Shown: one piece after another, positions 20,684 through 31,599 of the stretch | Layout of the letters: each line of letters opens with the position of its first letter | Position numbering within the stretch: position 1 is the first letter of the stretch | Assembly: GCA_963696385.1 (NCBI GenBank) | Contig: CAVOKF010000006.1 | Coordinates: forward strand, 384,001-448,000 | Length of the DNA stretch: 64,000 bases | Direction: 5' to 3' | Source: an uncultured delta proteobacterium | GTDB taxonomy: Bacteria > Myxococcota_A > Polyangia > Polyangiales > Polyangiaceae | Notes under the pieces: generated by a model | Database searches by the model: none | What the model was told of the DNA's origin: nothing | What the model saw: the letters and a program-made list of their open reading frames with translations, nothing else | Translations under genes and position numbers: made by a program

Positions 20684-22993
20684 ATGATCTCGAAAGCCCC
20701 CTTCGCGTCATCGTCGCGTGTCGCCGCCGACTCCCCGTCGACCTCTGGGCTCCGGCTCTGGTACCGACAGGCCGCAGAGGAGTGGACGGAGGCGCTGCCG
20801 ATCGGCAACGGTCGCTTGGGGGCGATGGTGTTCGGAGGCGTCGACCTCGAGACGCTCCAGCTCAACGAGGAAACGCTCTGGTCGGGCGGACCGTACGCGC
20901 CCAACAACCCGGAGGCGAAGGCCGCTCTGCCGCTTTTGCGCCGGCTCATTTTCGAGGGCAGGTACCGCGAGGCGCACGACCTGGCCGAGGCTCGGGTGAT
21001 GGCGCGCCCGCTTCGGCAGATGCAGTACGAGACCGCCGGAGAGCTGCGGCTCGCCTCTCGTCCGTTCGGACCGGTAGAGGACTACGAGCGAGAGCTCGAT
21101 CTCGACACGGCGATCGCGCGGACGCGCTTCACCTCCGGCGGCGTCGTCTACGCGCGGGAGGCGTTCGCTTCGGCCGTCGACCAGGTGATCGTCGTGCGAT
21201 GGTCCGCCGATCGGCCCGGCCGGATCGATGTGGAGGTGTCGCTTGCCGCGCCCCAGAAGACCCATACTTCGGTTTCCGGCGACGGCGTGCTCGTCCTCGG
21301 CGGCGCGAACGAGGGCGCGGAAGGGATCGCCGGCCGTCTCGCGTTCGAGGTGAGGGCGGCCGTCGACGCCGTGGGCGGAACGCGCGTCTCGGGCCCTGGT
21401 TCGATTTCGGTTCACGGGGCCGATTCGGTCGTCGTCCGCATCGCGGCCGCGACGAGCTTCGAGAGCTTTCGCGACGTTTCCGGCGATCCGACGGCGAAGA
21501 CGTCCCGATGGATGTCGATCGCCCGGCAGAAATCCTTCGACCGCCTGCTCGCCGATCATCTGGTCGATCATCGACGCCTTTTTCGCCGCGTGGCGATCGA
21601 TTTGGGCACGACGGTAGCCGCCGGCGAGCCGATCGACCGTCGACTTCGCGATTGCAGTCGCATCGACGATCCGGCGCTCGCAGCGCTCTACTTTCAGTTC
21701 GGTCGATACCTGTTGATGGCGTGTTCGCGGCCGGGCACTCAGCCCGCAAACCTACAGGGCTTGTGGAACGACTCGCTCACCCCGCCTTGGGGAAGCAAGT
21801 ACACGATCAACATCAATACGGAAATGAACTACTGGCCGGCCGAACCGGCGAACCTCGCCGAATGCGTCGAACCGCTCTTTGCCATGGTCGAGGATCTCGC
21901 GCAAACGGGCGCCGAGACGGCGCGCGTCCACTATGGTGCGCGCGGCTGGATGGCCCATCACAACACAGATCTGTGGCGGGCTGCGGCGCCCATCGACGGC
22001 GCCACGTGGGGTTTGTGGCCGACCGGCGGAGCTTGGCTGTGTCTCACCCTATGGGAGCACTACGAGTATGGGCGCGATCCGGCGTACTTGGCTCGTCTCT
22101 ATCCGATCCTGCGGGGCGCGGCGGAGTTTTTCCTCGACGTATTGGTCGAAGATCCGCAGCACGGTTGGCTCGTGACGTGCCCGTCGCTGTCGCCCGAGAA
22201 CGTTCACCCTGGGGGGGTATCGATCTGCGCCGGCCCGACCATGGACTCTCAGATCCTGCGCGATCTGTTCTCCCGTTGTATCGAGGCGGCCCAAATCCTG
22301 GGCGTCGACGCTCCGCTCGCCGCACGATTCGGCGAGGCGAGGTCGAAGCTCGCGCCGAACCGGATCGGCAAAGCCGGACAGTTGCAGGAGTGGATCGAGG
22401 ACTGGGACATGGCGGCCCCCGAGCTGCATCACCGCCATGTGTCGCATCTCTTCGGGCTCTACCCGAGCGATCAGATCACCGTGCGCGCGACGCCCGAACT
22501 CGCCGCGGCGGCCCGGCGATCGCTCGAGATTCGCGGCGACGACGCGACCGGCTGGGGGCTCGCGTGGCGGCTGAATCTCTGGGCGCGGCTCGCGGACGGC
22601 GAACGTGCTCACGCCATCCTCCGCCGGATGCTCTGTCCGGACCGAACCTATCCCAACCTGTTCGACGCCTGCCCTCCGTTCCAGATCGACGGCAACTTCG
22701 GCGCCGTCTCCGGCATGGTCGAAATGCTTCTGCAGAGCCATGGCGGCGTCATCGATCTCCTGCCAGCGCTTCCGAACGCGTGGAGATCCGGATCGGTGCG
22801 CGGACTCTTGGCCCGTGGGGGATTCGGCGTGGACCTGGCGTGGACGGATGGCCGCCTCGAGCGGGCGACGCTGCGGGGCCGGTCGGGGTCGGTCGGTCGG
22901 GTCCGCTACGCGGGACGCGAGGTGCCGTTTGCCATCCCACCGGACGGCGAGATCCGCGTCGAGATCGACGGCGAGTCGCTGCGAACGAGTTAG
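20684..22993 (+). CDS. Glycoside hydrolase family 95 (alpha-L-fucosidase / L-galactosidase-like)
   Basis: EALPIGNGRLGAM, YTININTEMNYW, SPEN, HRHVSHL and FQIDGNFG. Confidence 0.95.
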   Translation: MISKAPFASSSRVAADSPSTSGLRLWYRQAAEEWTEALPIGNGRLGAMVFGGVDLETLQLNEETLWSGGPYAPNNPEAKAALPLLRRLIFEGRYREAHDLAEARVMARPLRQMQYETAGELRLASRPFGPVEDYERELDLDTAIARTRFTSGGVVYAREAFASAVDQVIVVRWSADRPGRIDVEVSLAAPQKTHTSVSGDGVLVLGGANEGAEGIAGRLAFEVRAAVDAVGGTRVSGPGSISVHGADSVVVRIAAATSFESFRDVSGDPTAKTSRWMSIARQKSFDRLLADHLVDHRRLFRRVAIDLGTTVAAGEPIDRRLRDCSRIDDPALAALYFQFGRYLLMACSRPGTQPANLQGLWNDSLTPPWGSKYTININTEMNYWPAEPANLAECVEPLFAMVEDLAQTGAETARVHYGARGWMAHHNTDLWRAAAPIDGATWGLWPTGGAWLCLTLWEHYEYGRDPAYLARLYPILRGAAEFFLDVLVEDPQHGWLVTCPSLSPENVHPGGVSICAGPTMDSQILRDLFSRCIEAAQILGVDAPLAARFGEARSKLAPNRIGKAGQLQEWIEDWDMAAPELHHRHVSHLFGLYPSDQITVRATPELAAAARRSLEIRGDDATGWGLAWRLNLWARLADGERAHAILRRMLCPDRTYPNLFDACPPFQIDGNFGAVSGMVEMLLQSHGGVIDLLPALPNAWRSGSVRGLLARGGFGVDLAWTDGRLERATLRGRSGSVGRVRYAGREVPFAIPPDGEIRVEIDGESLRTS

Positions 22994-22997
22994 AGCC

Positions 22998-23519
22998 ATG
23001 AGCGCCGCTGCCCTGGTTTTGCGTGCAACGGTTGGCGGCGCGCTGAGCCTCTTCACCGCTTGCGCCATCGCGGGCGTCGGAGCGACCGACCGGGATCTCG
23101 CGCGCGGCCGGGACGAAACGTCGCTCGGTGCTCGGTTGTTCACGAGCGAGTGCGCGCGATGTCACGGTCTGCATGGCGAGGGGATCGCCGACGGACCGGC
23201 GATTCTCGGCCCGCGCGCGCTTCCGGAGTACGCGCGAGAAGCTACGAAATCCGGGATTCCGGGGGTTTATGACCCGCAGGATCAGCAAATCGAGTCGCAG
23301 ATCCATCGCACCGGAATGCCGGTGCGAGAACCCTTGCACAACGCGCAGGACCTGTACGCCTTTTTGAGTACGCATGTGCCGAAGTCGCGGATCCTGGAGA
23401 TCCGGCCCGAGGGCCTTCTGACGGTCGTCACCTTCATCATGGCCGTGCAAGGAGCGGATTTGCCCCGCGGCGGCCTGACGTTCGATTCGGCAAGCACGGT
23501 CGCTATCCCGCGGCGGTGA
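22998..23519 (+). CDS. Monoheme c-type cytochrome
   Basis: Signal peptide, GARLFTSECARCHG heme motif and a downstream MP as possible axial ligand. Confidence 0.75.
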   Translation: MSAAALVLRATVGGALSLFTACAIAGVGATDRDLARGRDETSLGARLFTSECARCHGLHGEGIADGPAILGPRALPEYAREATKSGIPGVYDPQDQQIESQIHRTGMPVREPLHNAQDLYAFLSTHVPKSRILEIRPEGLLTVVTFIMAVQGADLPRGGLTFDSASTVAIPRR

Positions 23520-23536
23520 TCGCCCCCGAGCGTGCT

Positions 23537-25699
23537 TCACCGAATGTCGACCGGATCGCCAACCAGCTCGATCTCGGCGGCGAGCGGCGCCACGCCCAGA
23601 AGCTGTACGCTGCGCGCGTCCGGTTGGCTGCCGCCCACGGTGATGCGAAAGCGACCCGGTTCGACCCGTCGCCGGCCGCGATCGTCGACCTGCGACAGGT
23701 CGCGCGCCGTCAGGTGGAACGCGACCCTGCGCGACTCGCCGGCAGCGAGTGTCACGCGGTCGAAGCCGCGCAGATCGTGGTGCGGAGAAACGCACGAGCT
23801 GCCGAGGCTTTTGACGTACAGCTGCACGACTTCGTCGCCTGGACGTTGCCCGATGTTCTCGACGGTCGCGCTGACGTCGACGCCCTCGCCCGCCGCGACG
23901 GGCTGCGGCGACACGGTGAGAGCGGAGTAGCGAAAACGGGTGTAAGACAGACCGAAGCCGAACGGGTAGAGTGGCTCTTTCGCCAGGTACCGGTAGGTTC
24001 GTCCACGCATCGCGTAGTCGTCGAACGGGGGTACGTCCGCGATGCTTCGCGGAAAAGTGACCGGCAGCCGACCTGCCGGATTGAAGTCTCCGAAAATGAC
24101 GTCGGCGAGAGCCAGGCCGCCGGCTTGCCCGGGATAAAAGGCCTGGACGATGGCGCCCACGTGCTGGTCGGCCCACACGAGATCGACCGGGCTGCCGCTC
24201 AGGACGACGACCACGGTCGGCTTGCCGACGCCGACGACGGCTTCGAGCAGTGCGTTCTGCAGGCCGGTCAACCCGAGGTCGAGCTTGTCGCCGGCGGCCT
24301 CCGAGTTGCCCGCGTCGCCCTGCTCGCCCTCGATGTCCGCGGATAAGCCGAGACACAGAACAACGGCGTCGGATCGCTCCGCCATGCTCAATGCCTCCGA
24401 CACGTTGCCGGCACGATCCAGGCCGTCGGTCGCCGTGCCGAGGCGTTTGCAGCCGTCCGTGTACCAGACCTTGGTCGCGCGCGAAACCGCCTGCCGGATG
24501 CCGTCGAGCGGCGTCACGGAGATCGACGGCACGCCCGAGTAATTGGCATGCAGGACCTGCGCGTCGTGCGCGTTGGGGCCGATGACGGCGATGCGGGCGA
24601 TGGCCTTGGGCAACGGAAGCAGGCCTCGGTCGTTTTTCAAAACGACGATCGACTGGCGTGCCGCCTCGCGGGCGAGCTCGCGGTGCCGATCGCAGTCGTT
24701 GACTTCGTAAGGAACCGACGCGAAGGGGTTGCGTGCGGGCGGATCGAACATCCCCAGGCGGATTCGCGCCGAGAACAGCCGGCGCAGGCACACGTCGACG
24801 TCCTCTTCGGTCAACAAGCCGCGCTCGACCGCTCGGGGGATGTGCCGGTAGGTGCAGCCGCAATTGAGATCGCAACCCGCCTTCACGGCAAGCGCCGCGG
24901 ACTCCTCCGGCGATCGGCTCACCCCGTGCGATTCGTGAAAATCGCGGATGGCCCAGCAATCGCTGACGACGTATCCCTCGAAGCCCCATTGCTGCCGCAG
25001 GATGCGCCCGAGCAGCGTCTCGCTTCCCGAGCATGGCTCGCCGTTGGTCCGGTTGTACGCGGTCATCACGCTCTCGGCCTTCGCCTCCGTGACGCACGCG
25101 TGGAATGCGGGCAGATAGGTCTCCCAGAGGTCCTTGTCGCTGACGACCGCATTGAAGCCATGGCGGAGTCCTTCGGGCCCGCTGTGGACGGCGAAGTGCT
25201 TGGGGGTGGCGACGAGCTTGAGATAGCGGGTGTCGGTCCCCTGCAGCGCCTTGCAAAAGACCACGCCGAAGCGCGCGGTCAAAAATGGGCATTCGCCGTA
25301 CGTCTCATGGCCACGACCCCAGCGCGGGTCGCGGAAGATGTTGATGTTCGGTGCCCAGAACGTGAGTCCTTTGTAGATCCCGCGGTCGTCGTGCAAGAGG
25401 TACTCGTGGTGCTTCGCGCGTGCTTCGTCGGCGATGGCCGAAGCGACGTCGCCGAGCAGGCGCAGGTTCCACGTCGCGGCGAGCGCGATCGCTTGCGGAA
25501 ACACGGTGGCGATGCCGGCCCGCGCGACGCCGTGAACGCATTCGTTCCACCAGTTGTAGGGTGCGATGCCGAGCCGAGGGATCGCCGGCGCCTCGTGGAG
25601 CATTTGCGCGGCTTTCTCTTCGATCGAAAGACGGCCCATGACGTCATCCACACGATCGCAGAGGGGCAGATCGGGGTTCTGGAAGGGATAGGTAGGCAT
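23537..25699 (-). CDS. GH3 beta-xylosidase-like hydrolase (no signal peptide)
   Basis: WWNECVHG, RDPRWGRGHETYGE, PKHF, VVSDCWA (nucleophile Asp) and a C-terminal Fn3-like domain. Confidence 0.95.
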   Translation of the reverse strand: MPTYPFQNPDLPLCDRVDDVMGRLSIEEKAAQMLHEAPAIPRLGIAPYNWWNECVHGVARAGIATVFPQAIALAATWNLRLLGDVASAIADEARAKHHEYLLHDDRGIYKGLTFWAPNINIFRDPRWGRGHETYGECPFLTARFGVVFCKALQGTDTRYLKLVATPKHFAVHSGPEGLRHGFNAVVSDKDLWETYLPAFHACVTEAKAESVMTAYNRTNGEPCSGSETLLGRILRQQWGFEGYVVSDCWAIRDFHESHGVSRSPEESAALAVKAGCDLNCGCTYRHIPRAVERGLLTEEDVDVCLRRLFSARIRLGMFDPPARNPFASVPYEVNDCDRHRELAREAARQSIVVLKNDRGLLPLPKAIARIAVIGPNAHDAQVLHANYSGVPSISVTPLDGIRQAVSRATKVWYTDGCKRLGTATDGLDRAGNVSEALSMAERSDAVVLCLGLSADIEGEQGDAGNSEAAGDKLDLGLTGLQNALLEAVVGVGKPTVVVVLSGSPVDLVWADQHVGAIVQAFYPGQAGGLALADVIFGDFNPAGRLPVTFPRSIADVPPFDDYAMRGRTYRYLAKEPLYPFGFGLSYTRFRYSALTVSPQPVAAGEGVDVSATVENIGQRPGDEVVQLYVKSLGSSCVSPHHDLRGFDRVTLAAGESRRVAFHLTARDLSQVDDRGRRRVEPGRFRITVGGSQPDARSVQLLGVAPLAAEIELVGDPVDIR

Positions 25700-25736
25700 G
25701 GCGAGAGTCCCGCTTTCCGAGCGATGGAGTGCGAAC

Positions 25737-25751
25737 GTAATTTCGCTTTAC
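25737..25751. promoter_or_regulatory. Candidate ROK repressor operator
   Basis: GTAATTTCGCTTTAC, a perfect GTAA-N7-TTAC, between the divergent GH3 and solute-binding genes. Confidence 0.6.
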
Positions 25752-25915
25752 AATTGAAGACCGGGTGCCGCAACGCGCCCCGCCGTCGTGGGTCGTCGGC
25801 GTCGCGCGACCCGGCTTGGCGCGGACGTCGCGCCGTGTGATACACCGGCCCGCCGAGCAGGGCGTTGGCAGCGATCCCGGACGCTCGCGCGATCGCCCTC
25901 TCATTTTCGGCGTCC

Positions 25916-27283
25916 ATGGTCGAGAAGTTCCCCTACGGCAAGGCCCCATTCTGGCTGCTCGTGATCGCCCTTGTGTCGGCGGCGGGGCGCGCGATCGTCA
26001 TGGGCCACGGCGATGCCCGCGCGGACCTGCTCATCGTCGCCAACTCTCCGAGCCATTTCGAGGCGTACAAGAACGCCGTGCCTCGGTTCGAACGCAAGCA
26101 CGGGGTTCACGTACAAGTGCAGTTTGCGCACTGGACCGCGCTGCAGAGCCGGCTCGAGAGCGCGATGCTCGCGGGCGCCGATGTGCCCGATCTGGTCGAA
26201 CTGCTCGAAGGGTCTCTCGGGTTTTTTACGCGCGGGCCGCGCGAGGACGTGGGCCTTCTGGATCTCGCGGATCGCGTCCGTGCCGAAGGACTCGACCGAC
26301 GGCTCGTCGCATCCCGCTTGAGCTCCTGGACCACGGTCGACGGCCGCATCTACGCGCTCCCGAACGACGTGCATCCGGTCATGCTCGCCTATCGCCGTGA
26401 TCTGGTCGCCGAGCTCGGCATCGACGTGACCCGGCTCGATACGTGGGAGGCGTTCGTGGAGGCCGGTCGGCGCGTGACGCAGGATGTCAACGGCGACGGC
26501 GTCGTCGACCACTACATGATCGACCTGCCTTACGACGGCAACTGGGCGCTGACGAGCCTGCTCCTGCAGCACGGCGGACAACTCTTCGACCGTGCGGGCA
26601 ACACGGCCTTCAACAGCGAGATCACGACCGAAGTGTTCGCCTGGTACCTGCGGCAAACCCACGGCCCGCGCAAGATCGCGTACGACGCGGGCTGGGGCCA
26701 GGCCCTCGGCAAGGCCATGGTCGACGGTCTGGTCGTTTTCTACTGGGCGCCGGATTGGCGCAGCCGCTTGTTCGCCGACGAAGTGCCGAGCCTCGCAGGC
26801 AAAATGGCGTTGATGCCTCTTCCGGCCTGGGACAAAGGCGGGCGGCGGACGAGCGTGTGGGGCGGCACCGGCCTGATGATCAGCAGGCGCACGCCGCGCC
26901 CGGACCTGGCGTGGGAGCTCGCGAAGTTTCTCTATTTCGACCCCACGGAGATGGGTCAAAGGTTCGAGGCGACCAACATCATTCCGGTCTTGCGCGATGC
27001 CTGGAGCATGCCCGAACTCGATGCGCCCAATCCCTACTATTCGAACGAACCCATCGGCCGGATGTACGCCGACCTGGCGCCCGACGTGCCGCCGTCGTAC
27101 GTGTCGCCGTTGACCGCCGTCGCTGGAACGGAGCTCAACGAAGCCTTCAGTCGCTGCGTCTCGTACTACGATCGCTTTGGCGAAGAGGGCCTGACCGACG
27201 CGATCCACCGCGAATTGTCGCGCGCCGAGGCGTACGTGAGGCGCCTCGCCGAGCGCGCGAACTGGATGGCGGGCGCGCCATGA
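25916..27283 (+). CDS. Sugar ABC transporter solute-binding protein
   Basis: N-terminal anchor, YALPNDVHPVMLAYRRDL, TWEAF and WGGTGL. ATGA overlap with the permease. Confidence 0.9.
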   Translation: MVEKFPYGKAPFWLLVIALVSAAGRAIVMGHGDARADLLIVANSPSHFEAYKNAVPRFERKHGVHVQVQFAHWTALQSRLESAMLAGADVPDLVELLEGSLGFFTRGPREDVGLLDLADRVRAEGLDRRLVASRLSSWTTVDGRIYALPNDVHPVMLAYRRDLVAELGIDVTRLDTWEAFVEAGRRVTQDVNGDGVVDHYMIDLPYDGNWALTSLLLQHGGQLFDRAGNTAFNSEITTEVFAWYLRQTHGPRKIAYDAGWGQALGKAMVDGLVVFYWAPDWRSRLFADEVPSLAGKMALMPLPAWDKGGRRTSVWGGTGLMISRRTPRPDLAWELAKFLYFDPTEMGQRFEATNIIPVLRDAWSMPELDAPNPYYSNEPIGRMYADLAPDVPPSYVSPLTAVAGTELNEAFSRCVSYYDRFGEEGLTDAIHRELSRAEAYVRRLAERANWMAGAP

Positions 27284-28245
27284 CTTCGCCGCGGTCTGAT
27301 CCGTCCGCGGCACCGGCATCTCGCCCGCGCCGGGGCCGCGCGCCGGCCGGGGTGCGCGTCCGGCCCCAAGAACGCGGGTGGGCGCCGTACGCGTTTCTGG
27401 CCCCGTACCTGATTTTGACGTCGGTCTTTTTCTTCGTCCCATTCCTCGACGCCATCGGGCTCGCCTTCTTCGAGACCAACGGGCCACGCACCCGCGTCTT
27501 CGTGGGTCTCGCCAACTTCCGCTTCTTGTTGACCGATTCGACGTTCTACCGCGCGCTGTGGAATACGACCGTGTTCGCGTGCGCATCGGTATTCGTGCAG
27601 TTGCCGCTCGCGATGGGTCTCGCGATCTTGCTCAATTCGAGCGAAGGGCGGCTGCGCGGAATGCTCCGCCTCATCCTATTTTCTCCGAATCTCGTCGGCC
27701 AGATTTTCGTCGGCATTCTCTTCTCGACGCTCTTCACCCCCCGCTACGGGCTCATCAACCGCGCGTTTCATGCGCTGTTCGGCTGGGGGCTGGAGGTCTG
27801 GTGGCTCTCGAACCCGTGGCTCGTCATGCCGGCGCTCGTCTTGACGTCGCTGTGGGTCTGGGTCGGATTCAACATGGTCTACTTTCTGGCCGCGCTCCAA
27901 GGCGTGGACCGGTCGCTCGAAGAGGCGGCACGCATCGACGGCGCCAACGAGTGGCAGGTCTTTCGCTTCGTGACCTTGCCGTCGATGCGTCATGTCACCG
28001 TCTTCGTCGTCGTCACCAGCGTCATCGGCTCGTATCAGCTCTTCGAGCTTCCCCTGGCGCTGCTCCACTCGACCGAAGGGGCTGGCCCGGAGAACTCGGG
28101 ACTGACGCTCATCACCTACTTGAACAACGTGGCCTTCCACTTGGGAGACTTGGGTCTCGGCTCCGCAGTCGGTTGGATCGCGGCGCTCATCATCTTCCTG
28201 GTCAGCGTGATCCAGATCCGCGTGTCGCGCGTCCTCGAGGACTGA
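27280..28245 (+). CDS. Sugar ABC transporter permease
   Basis: FVGLANF and EAA motif LEEAARIDGA. Confidence 0.95.
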   Translation: MTSPRSDPSAAPASRPRRGRAPAGVRVRPQERGWAPYAFLAPYLILTSVFFFVPFLDAIGLAFFETNGPRTRVFVGLANFRFLLTDSTFYRALWNTTVFACASVFVQLPLAMGLAILLNSSEGRLRGMLRLILFSPNLVGQIFVGILFSTLFTPRYGLINRAFHALFGWGLEVWWLSNPWLVMPALVLTSLWVWVGFNMVYFLAALQGVDRSLEEAARIDGANEWQVFRFVTLPSMRHVTVFVVVTSVIGSYQLFELPLALLHSTEGAGPENSGLTLITYLNNVAFHLGDLGLGSAVGWIAALIIFLVSVIQIRVSRVLED

Positions 28246-28252
28246 TCCGCCC

Positions 28253-29173
28253 ATGAATCCGACCCGCCTCGTCGTCTTTTTTGCGCTGGCGGTCTTTGCC
28301 GCGCTCTGTGCACGGTCGCCCGGGCGCACGCTCCACTACCTGCGGGTTTTGCTGCTCGGTCTCGCGGCCATCGTCGTGCTGGCGCCGTTCGCATGGCTCT
28401 TGGCCGCCATCTTCAAAGACCGATCGGTCTTCGACGAAACCCTATTTCTTCCCCCGCCGACCGAGTGGTCGTCGAAAACGCTGAACCTCGACAACTTCAG
28501 AGAGCTCTTTCGCGGTAGGCCGAGTGTCGCCGGGACGGTGTACTTCTGGCAATACGTGCTGAACTCGACGGCCTACGCGACGGTCAGCACGGTCCTCAAT
28601 CTCTTCTTCTGTTCGCTGGGCGGGTTCGCCCTGGCGAAATACGACTTCCGCGGCAAAGCGGCGCTTCTGGTCTTGATGCTCGGGTCCATGACGATCCCGT
28701 CGGCGCTGCTCTTGCCGCCTCTCTACAAGATGGTCGTCGATCTCGGCATGGTGGACTCGCTCACGGGGCTCATCGTTCCGGGCATGGTGAGCGCGTACGG
28801 AATTTTCCTGTTTCGCCAGGCGTGCATGAGCGTTCCCGATGAAATGCTCGACGCGGGGCGCATCGACGGGTGCAGCGAGGTCGCCCTCTACTTCCGGCTG
28901 GTCATGCCGCTCGTACGTCCGATGGCAGCGGCGTTTTGCCTCATGACGTTTCTCGGGACGTGGAACTCGTTCTTCACGCCGAACGTATTCCTCCAGACGC
29001 AAAAAAACTTCACGTTGCCCATCGTGCTCTACATGTACGTCAACGACTATCAAAGCAACTACGGCGTGTTCTTGGCCGGCACTGCGCTCGCCATGGTGCC
29101 CCCGATGGTTCTTTTTCTCGCGCTCGAGAAGGAGTTCATCAGCGGCCTCACGTCCGGCGCGGTGAAAGGATGA
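28253..29173 (+). CDS. Sugar ABC transporter permease
   Basis: MLDAGRIDG and C-terminal FISGLTSGAVKG. Confidence 0.95.
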   Translation: MNPTRLVVFFALAVFAALCARSPGRTLHYLRVLLLGLAAIVVLAPFAWLLAAIFKDRSVFDETLFLPPPTEWSSKTLNLDNFRELFRGRPSVAGTVYFWQYVLNSTAYATVSTVLNLFFCSLGGFALAKYDFRGKAALLVLMLGSMTIPSALLLPPLYKMVVDLGMVDSLTGLIVPGMVSAYGIFLFRQACMSVPDEMLDAGRIDGCSEVALYFRLVMPLVRPMAAAFCLMTFLGTWNSFFTPNVFLQTQKNFTLPIVLYMYVNDYQSNYGVFLAGTALAMVPPMVLFLALEKEFISGLTSGAVKG

Positions 29174-31599
29174 ACGGCCATGACCGGCGAGGGGTCACGA
29201 TGAGGCGTCGAGCGGGATTCTTGCGTCTCGGACGTTGGGTGGGGTTCGCCGTCTTTTGGGCGGTGGGTGCTTGCGCGCCGGCTGCCGCACCCGTGCCGCC
29301 GCTGTCGCGATCCGCCCCTGGCTCGGCCACCGCGGTCGGCCGGGCCAGGCCCTCGTACCGGGATCCGACCGCTTCCGTCGCCGATCGCGTCTCCGACTTG
29401 CTCGCGCGCATGACGATCGAGGAGAAGGTGGCGCAGCTGGAGTCGGTCAACTGGGAGCACACGCGTCTCGACGACCCAGAGACCCATCGGTTCTCTCCGG
29501 CCCTGGCGCGCAAGCTCGTCTCGAACGGCATCGGGGAAGTGACGCGGCCCGGCGATCGCCACGACGCGCGCGGTGCCGTCGATTTCGCGAACGCACTCCA
29601 GAAATACCTCGTCGGTGAGACGCGCCTCGGCATCCCCGCGCTCTTGCACGAGGAGGCGCTCCACGGTCTGGTCGCTCCGGGCGGCACGAGCTTTCCGGTT
29701 CCGATCGCGCTCGCCGCGACGTTCGACCCCGATCTGGTCGAAGACGTCTTCACGGTCGCCGCGCGGCAGGCCCGCCGCCGGGGCGTCGAGCACGTGCTCG
29801 CTCCGGTGTTGGATGTGGCACGGGACCCGCGCTGGGGCCGGATCGAAGAGACCTACGGCGAAGACCCGTACCTGGTCGCGCGCGTCGGCGTCGCCGCCGT
29901 TCGCGGCTTCCAAGGGCGCCGGCCGGCGGGAGCGCCGATAGGCGCCGACCGCGTGTTGGCCACAGCCAAGCACTTCGCGGCGCACGGCCAGCCCGAAGGC
30001 GGCCGCAACACGGCACCGGGCAACTACTCCGCGCACGTGCTCCGAGAAGTGTTCTTCGTGCCCTTCGAGGCGGCGGTGCGCGAGGCGGGCGTGGGGAGCG
30101 TCATGGCGAGCTACAACGAAGTCGACGGCGTGCCTTCGCACGACAATCCGTGGCTGTTGCGCAGTGTTCTGCGGGGCGAGTGGGGTTTCTCCGGACTCGT
30201 CGTGTCGGACTATTTCGGCATCGCCGAGCTCGATCGAAAGCATCACGTCGCAGCCGACCTGCCCGATGCCGGGCGCAAGGCGCTCGAGGCGGGCGTCGAC
30301 CTCGAGCTGCCCGAGCCCGAGGGTTACCGGACGCTCGTCGACGACGTGCGCGCGGGGCGCGTGTCCGAGGCTCGAATCGACGAAGCGGTGGCGCACGTTC
30401 TCCGCGCGAAGTTCACGGTGGGCCTCTTCGAGCATCCCACCGTCAATCCCGAGGTCGAATCCGAACGGCCGAGCGATCGGGCCCTCGCCCTCAGGTCTGC
30501 CGAAGAGGCCATCATCCTCTTGAAGAACGACGGGGGCCTTTTGCCTCTCGACGCGAACCGCATCCGGTCGATCGCCGTGATCGGTCCGAACGCGGGCGGA
30601 TGCCGCCTGGGCGGCTACAGCGGCCATCCCGAACGTGTGGTGAGCGTTCTTCAAGCCATTGCGGCGCGTCTCGACGGGCGGGCGAAAGTCTTGTCGGCGC
30701 CCGGCTGCGGCCTCACGAAAGCCGACCGGGGGTGGGTCGACGACGCCGTCGAGCTCGCCGACGACGCGGACGACGGGCGCGCCGTAGCCTTTGCGGCGAA
30801 GCTTGCGGCGTCGGCCGACGTGACGCTGCTCGTGCTCGGCCAAAACGAGCAGCTGTCGCGAGAGGGATGGGCCGACAATCACCGCGGCGATCGCATGAGC
30901 CTCGGTCTCGTAGGACGCCAAATGGATCTGTTTCGGGCGGTCGTCGCGACGCGCCGCCCGACGGTCGTGCTCTTGATTCACGGCGGTCCGCTTTCGGTTC
31001 CGGATCTCGCCCAGTCGGCGCAAGCCATTCTCGACGGCTTCTACCTGGGCGAGGAGACGGGCACGGCGGTCGCGGCGGTCCTCTTCGGCGACGTCAGTCC
31101 TGCAGGCCGCCTGCCCGTTTCGATCCCGCGGTCCGTCGGAGTTCTGCCCGCGTATTACAACTACAAGCCTTCGGCGCGGCGTCCGTACCTCTTCGAGGAC
31201 CCCGGCCCATTGTGGCCGTTCGGCTTCGGTCTGGCCTACACGTCGTTTCACTACGGCGGGCTTGCCCTCACGCCAGCCCGCATCCCCGCCGATGGCCATA
31301 CGACGGTGAGCGTCGACGTCACGAACGTGGGTGCGCGCGCGTCCGACGAGGTCGTGGAGCTCTACGTCCGCGACCTCGTGAGCTCCGTGACGCGTCCGGT
31401 GCGCGAGCTGAAAGGCTTCCGCCGCATTCACCTCGGACCCGGTGAGTCCAAGCGCGTCGAGATGGTCCTCGGACCCGAGGAGCTCTCCTTCTTTGACGCC
31501 GCGATGAACCGGATCGTCGAGCCGGGCGCGTTCGACGTGATGGTGGGTCCGAGCTCGGCGGACGTCCAAACCGTTCGGCTCGAGGTCACGGCGCATTAG
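29170..31599 (+). CDS. GH3 beta-glucosidase/xylosidase lipoprotein
   Basis: Lipobox AVGAC, HEEALHG, RDPRWGRIEETYGED, AKHF and VVSDY. Confidence 0.95.
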   Translation: MNGHDRRGVTMRRRAGFLRLGRWVGFAVFWAVGACAPAAAPVPPLSRSAPGSATAVGRARPSYRDPTASVADRVSDLLARMTIEEKVAQLESVNWEHTRLDDPETHRFSPALARKLVSNGIGEVTRPGDRHDARGAVDFANALQKYLVGETRLGIPALLHEEALHGLVAPGGTSFPVPIALAATFDPDLVEDVFTVAARQARRRGVEHVLAPVLDVARDPRWGRIEETYGEDPYLVARVGVAAVRGFQGRRPAGAPIGADRVLATAKHFAAHGQPEGGRNTAPGNYSAHVLREVFFVPFEAAVREAGVGSVMASYNEVDGVPSHDNPWLLRSVLRGEWGFSGLVVSDYFGIAELDRKHHVAADLPDAGRKALEAGVDLELPEPEGYRTLVDDVRAGRVSEARIDEAVAHVLRAKFTVGLFEHPTVNPEVESERPSDRALALRSAEEAIILLKNDGGLLPLDANRIRSIAVIGPNAGGCRLGGYSGHPERVVSVLQAIAARLDGRAKVLSAPGCGLTKADRGWVDDAVELADDADDGRAVAFAAKLAASADVTLLVLGQNEQLSREGWADNHRGDRMSLGLVGRQMDLFRAVVATRRPTVVLLIHGGPLSVPDLAQSAQAILDGFYLGEETGTAVAAVLFGDVSPAGRLPVSIPRSVGVLPAYYNYKPSARRPYLFEDPGPLWPFGFGLAYTSFHYGGLALTPARIPADGHTTVSVDVTNVGARASDEVVELYVRDLVSSVTRPVRELKGFRRIHLGPGESKRVEMVLGPEELSFFDAAMNRIVEPGAFDVMVGPSSADVQTVRLEVTAH

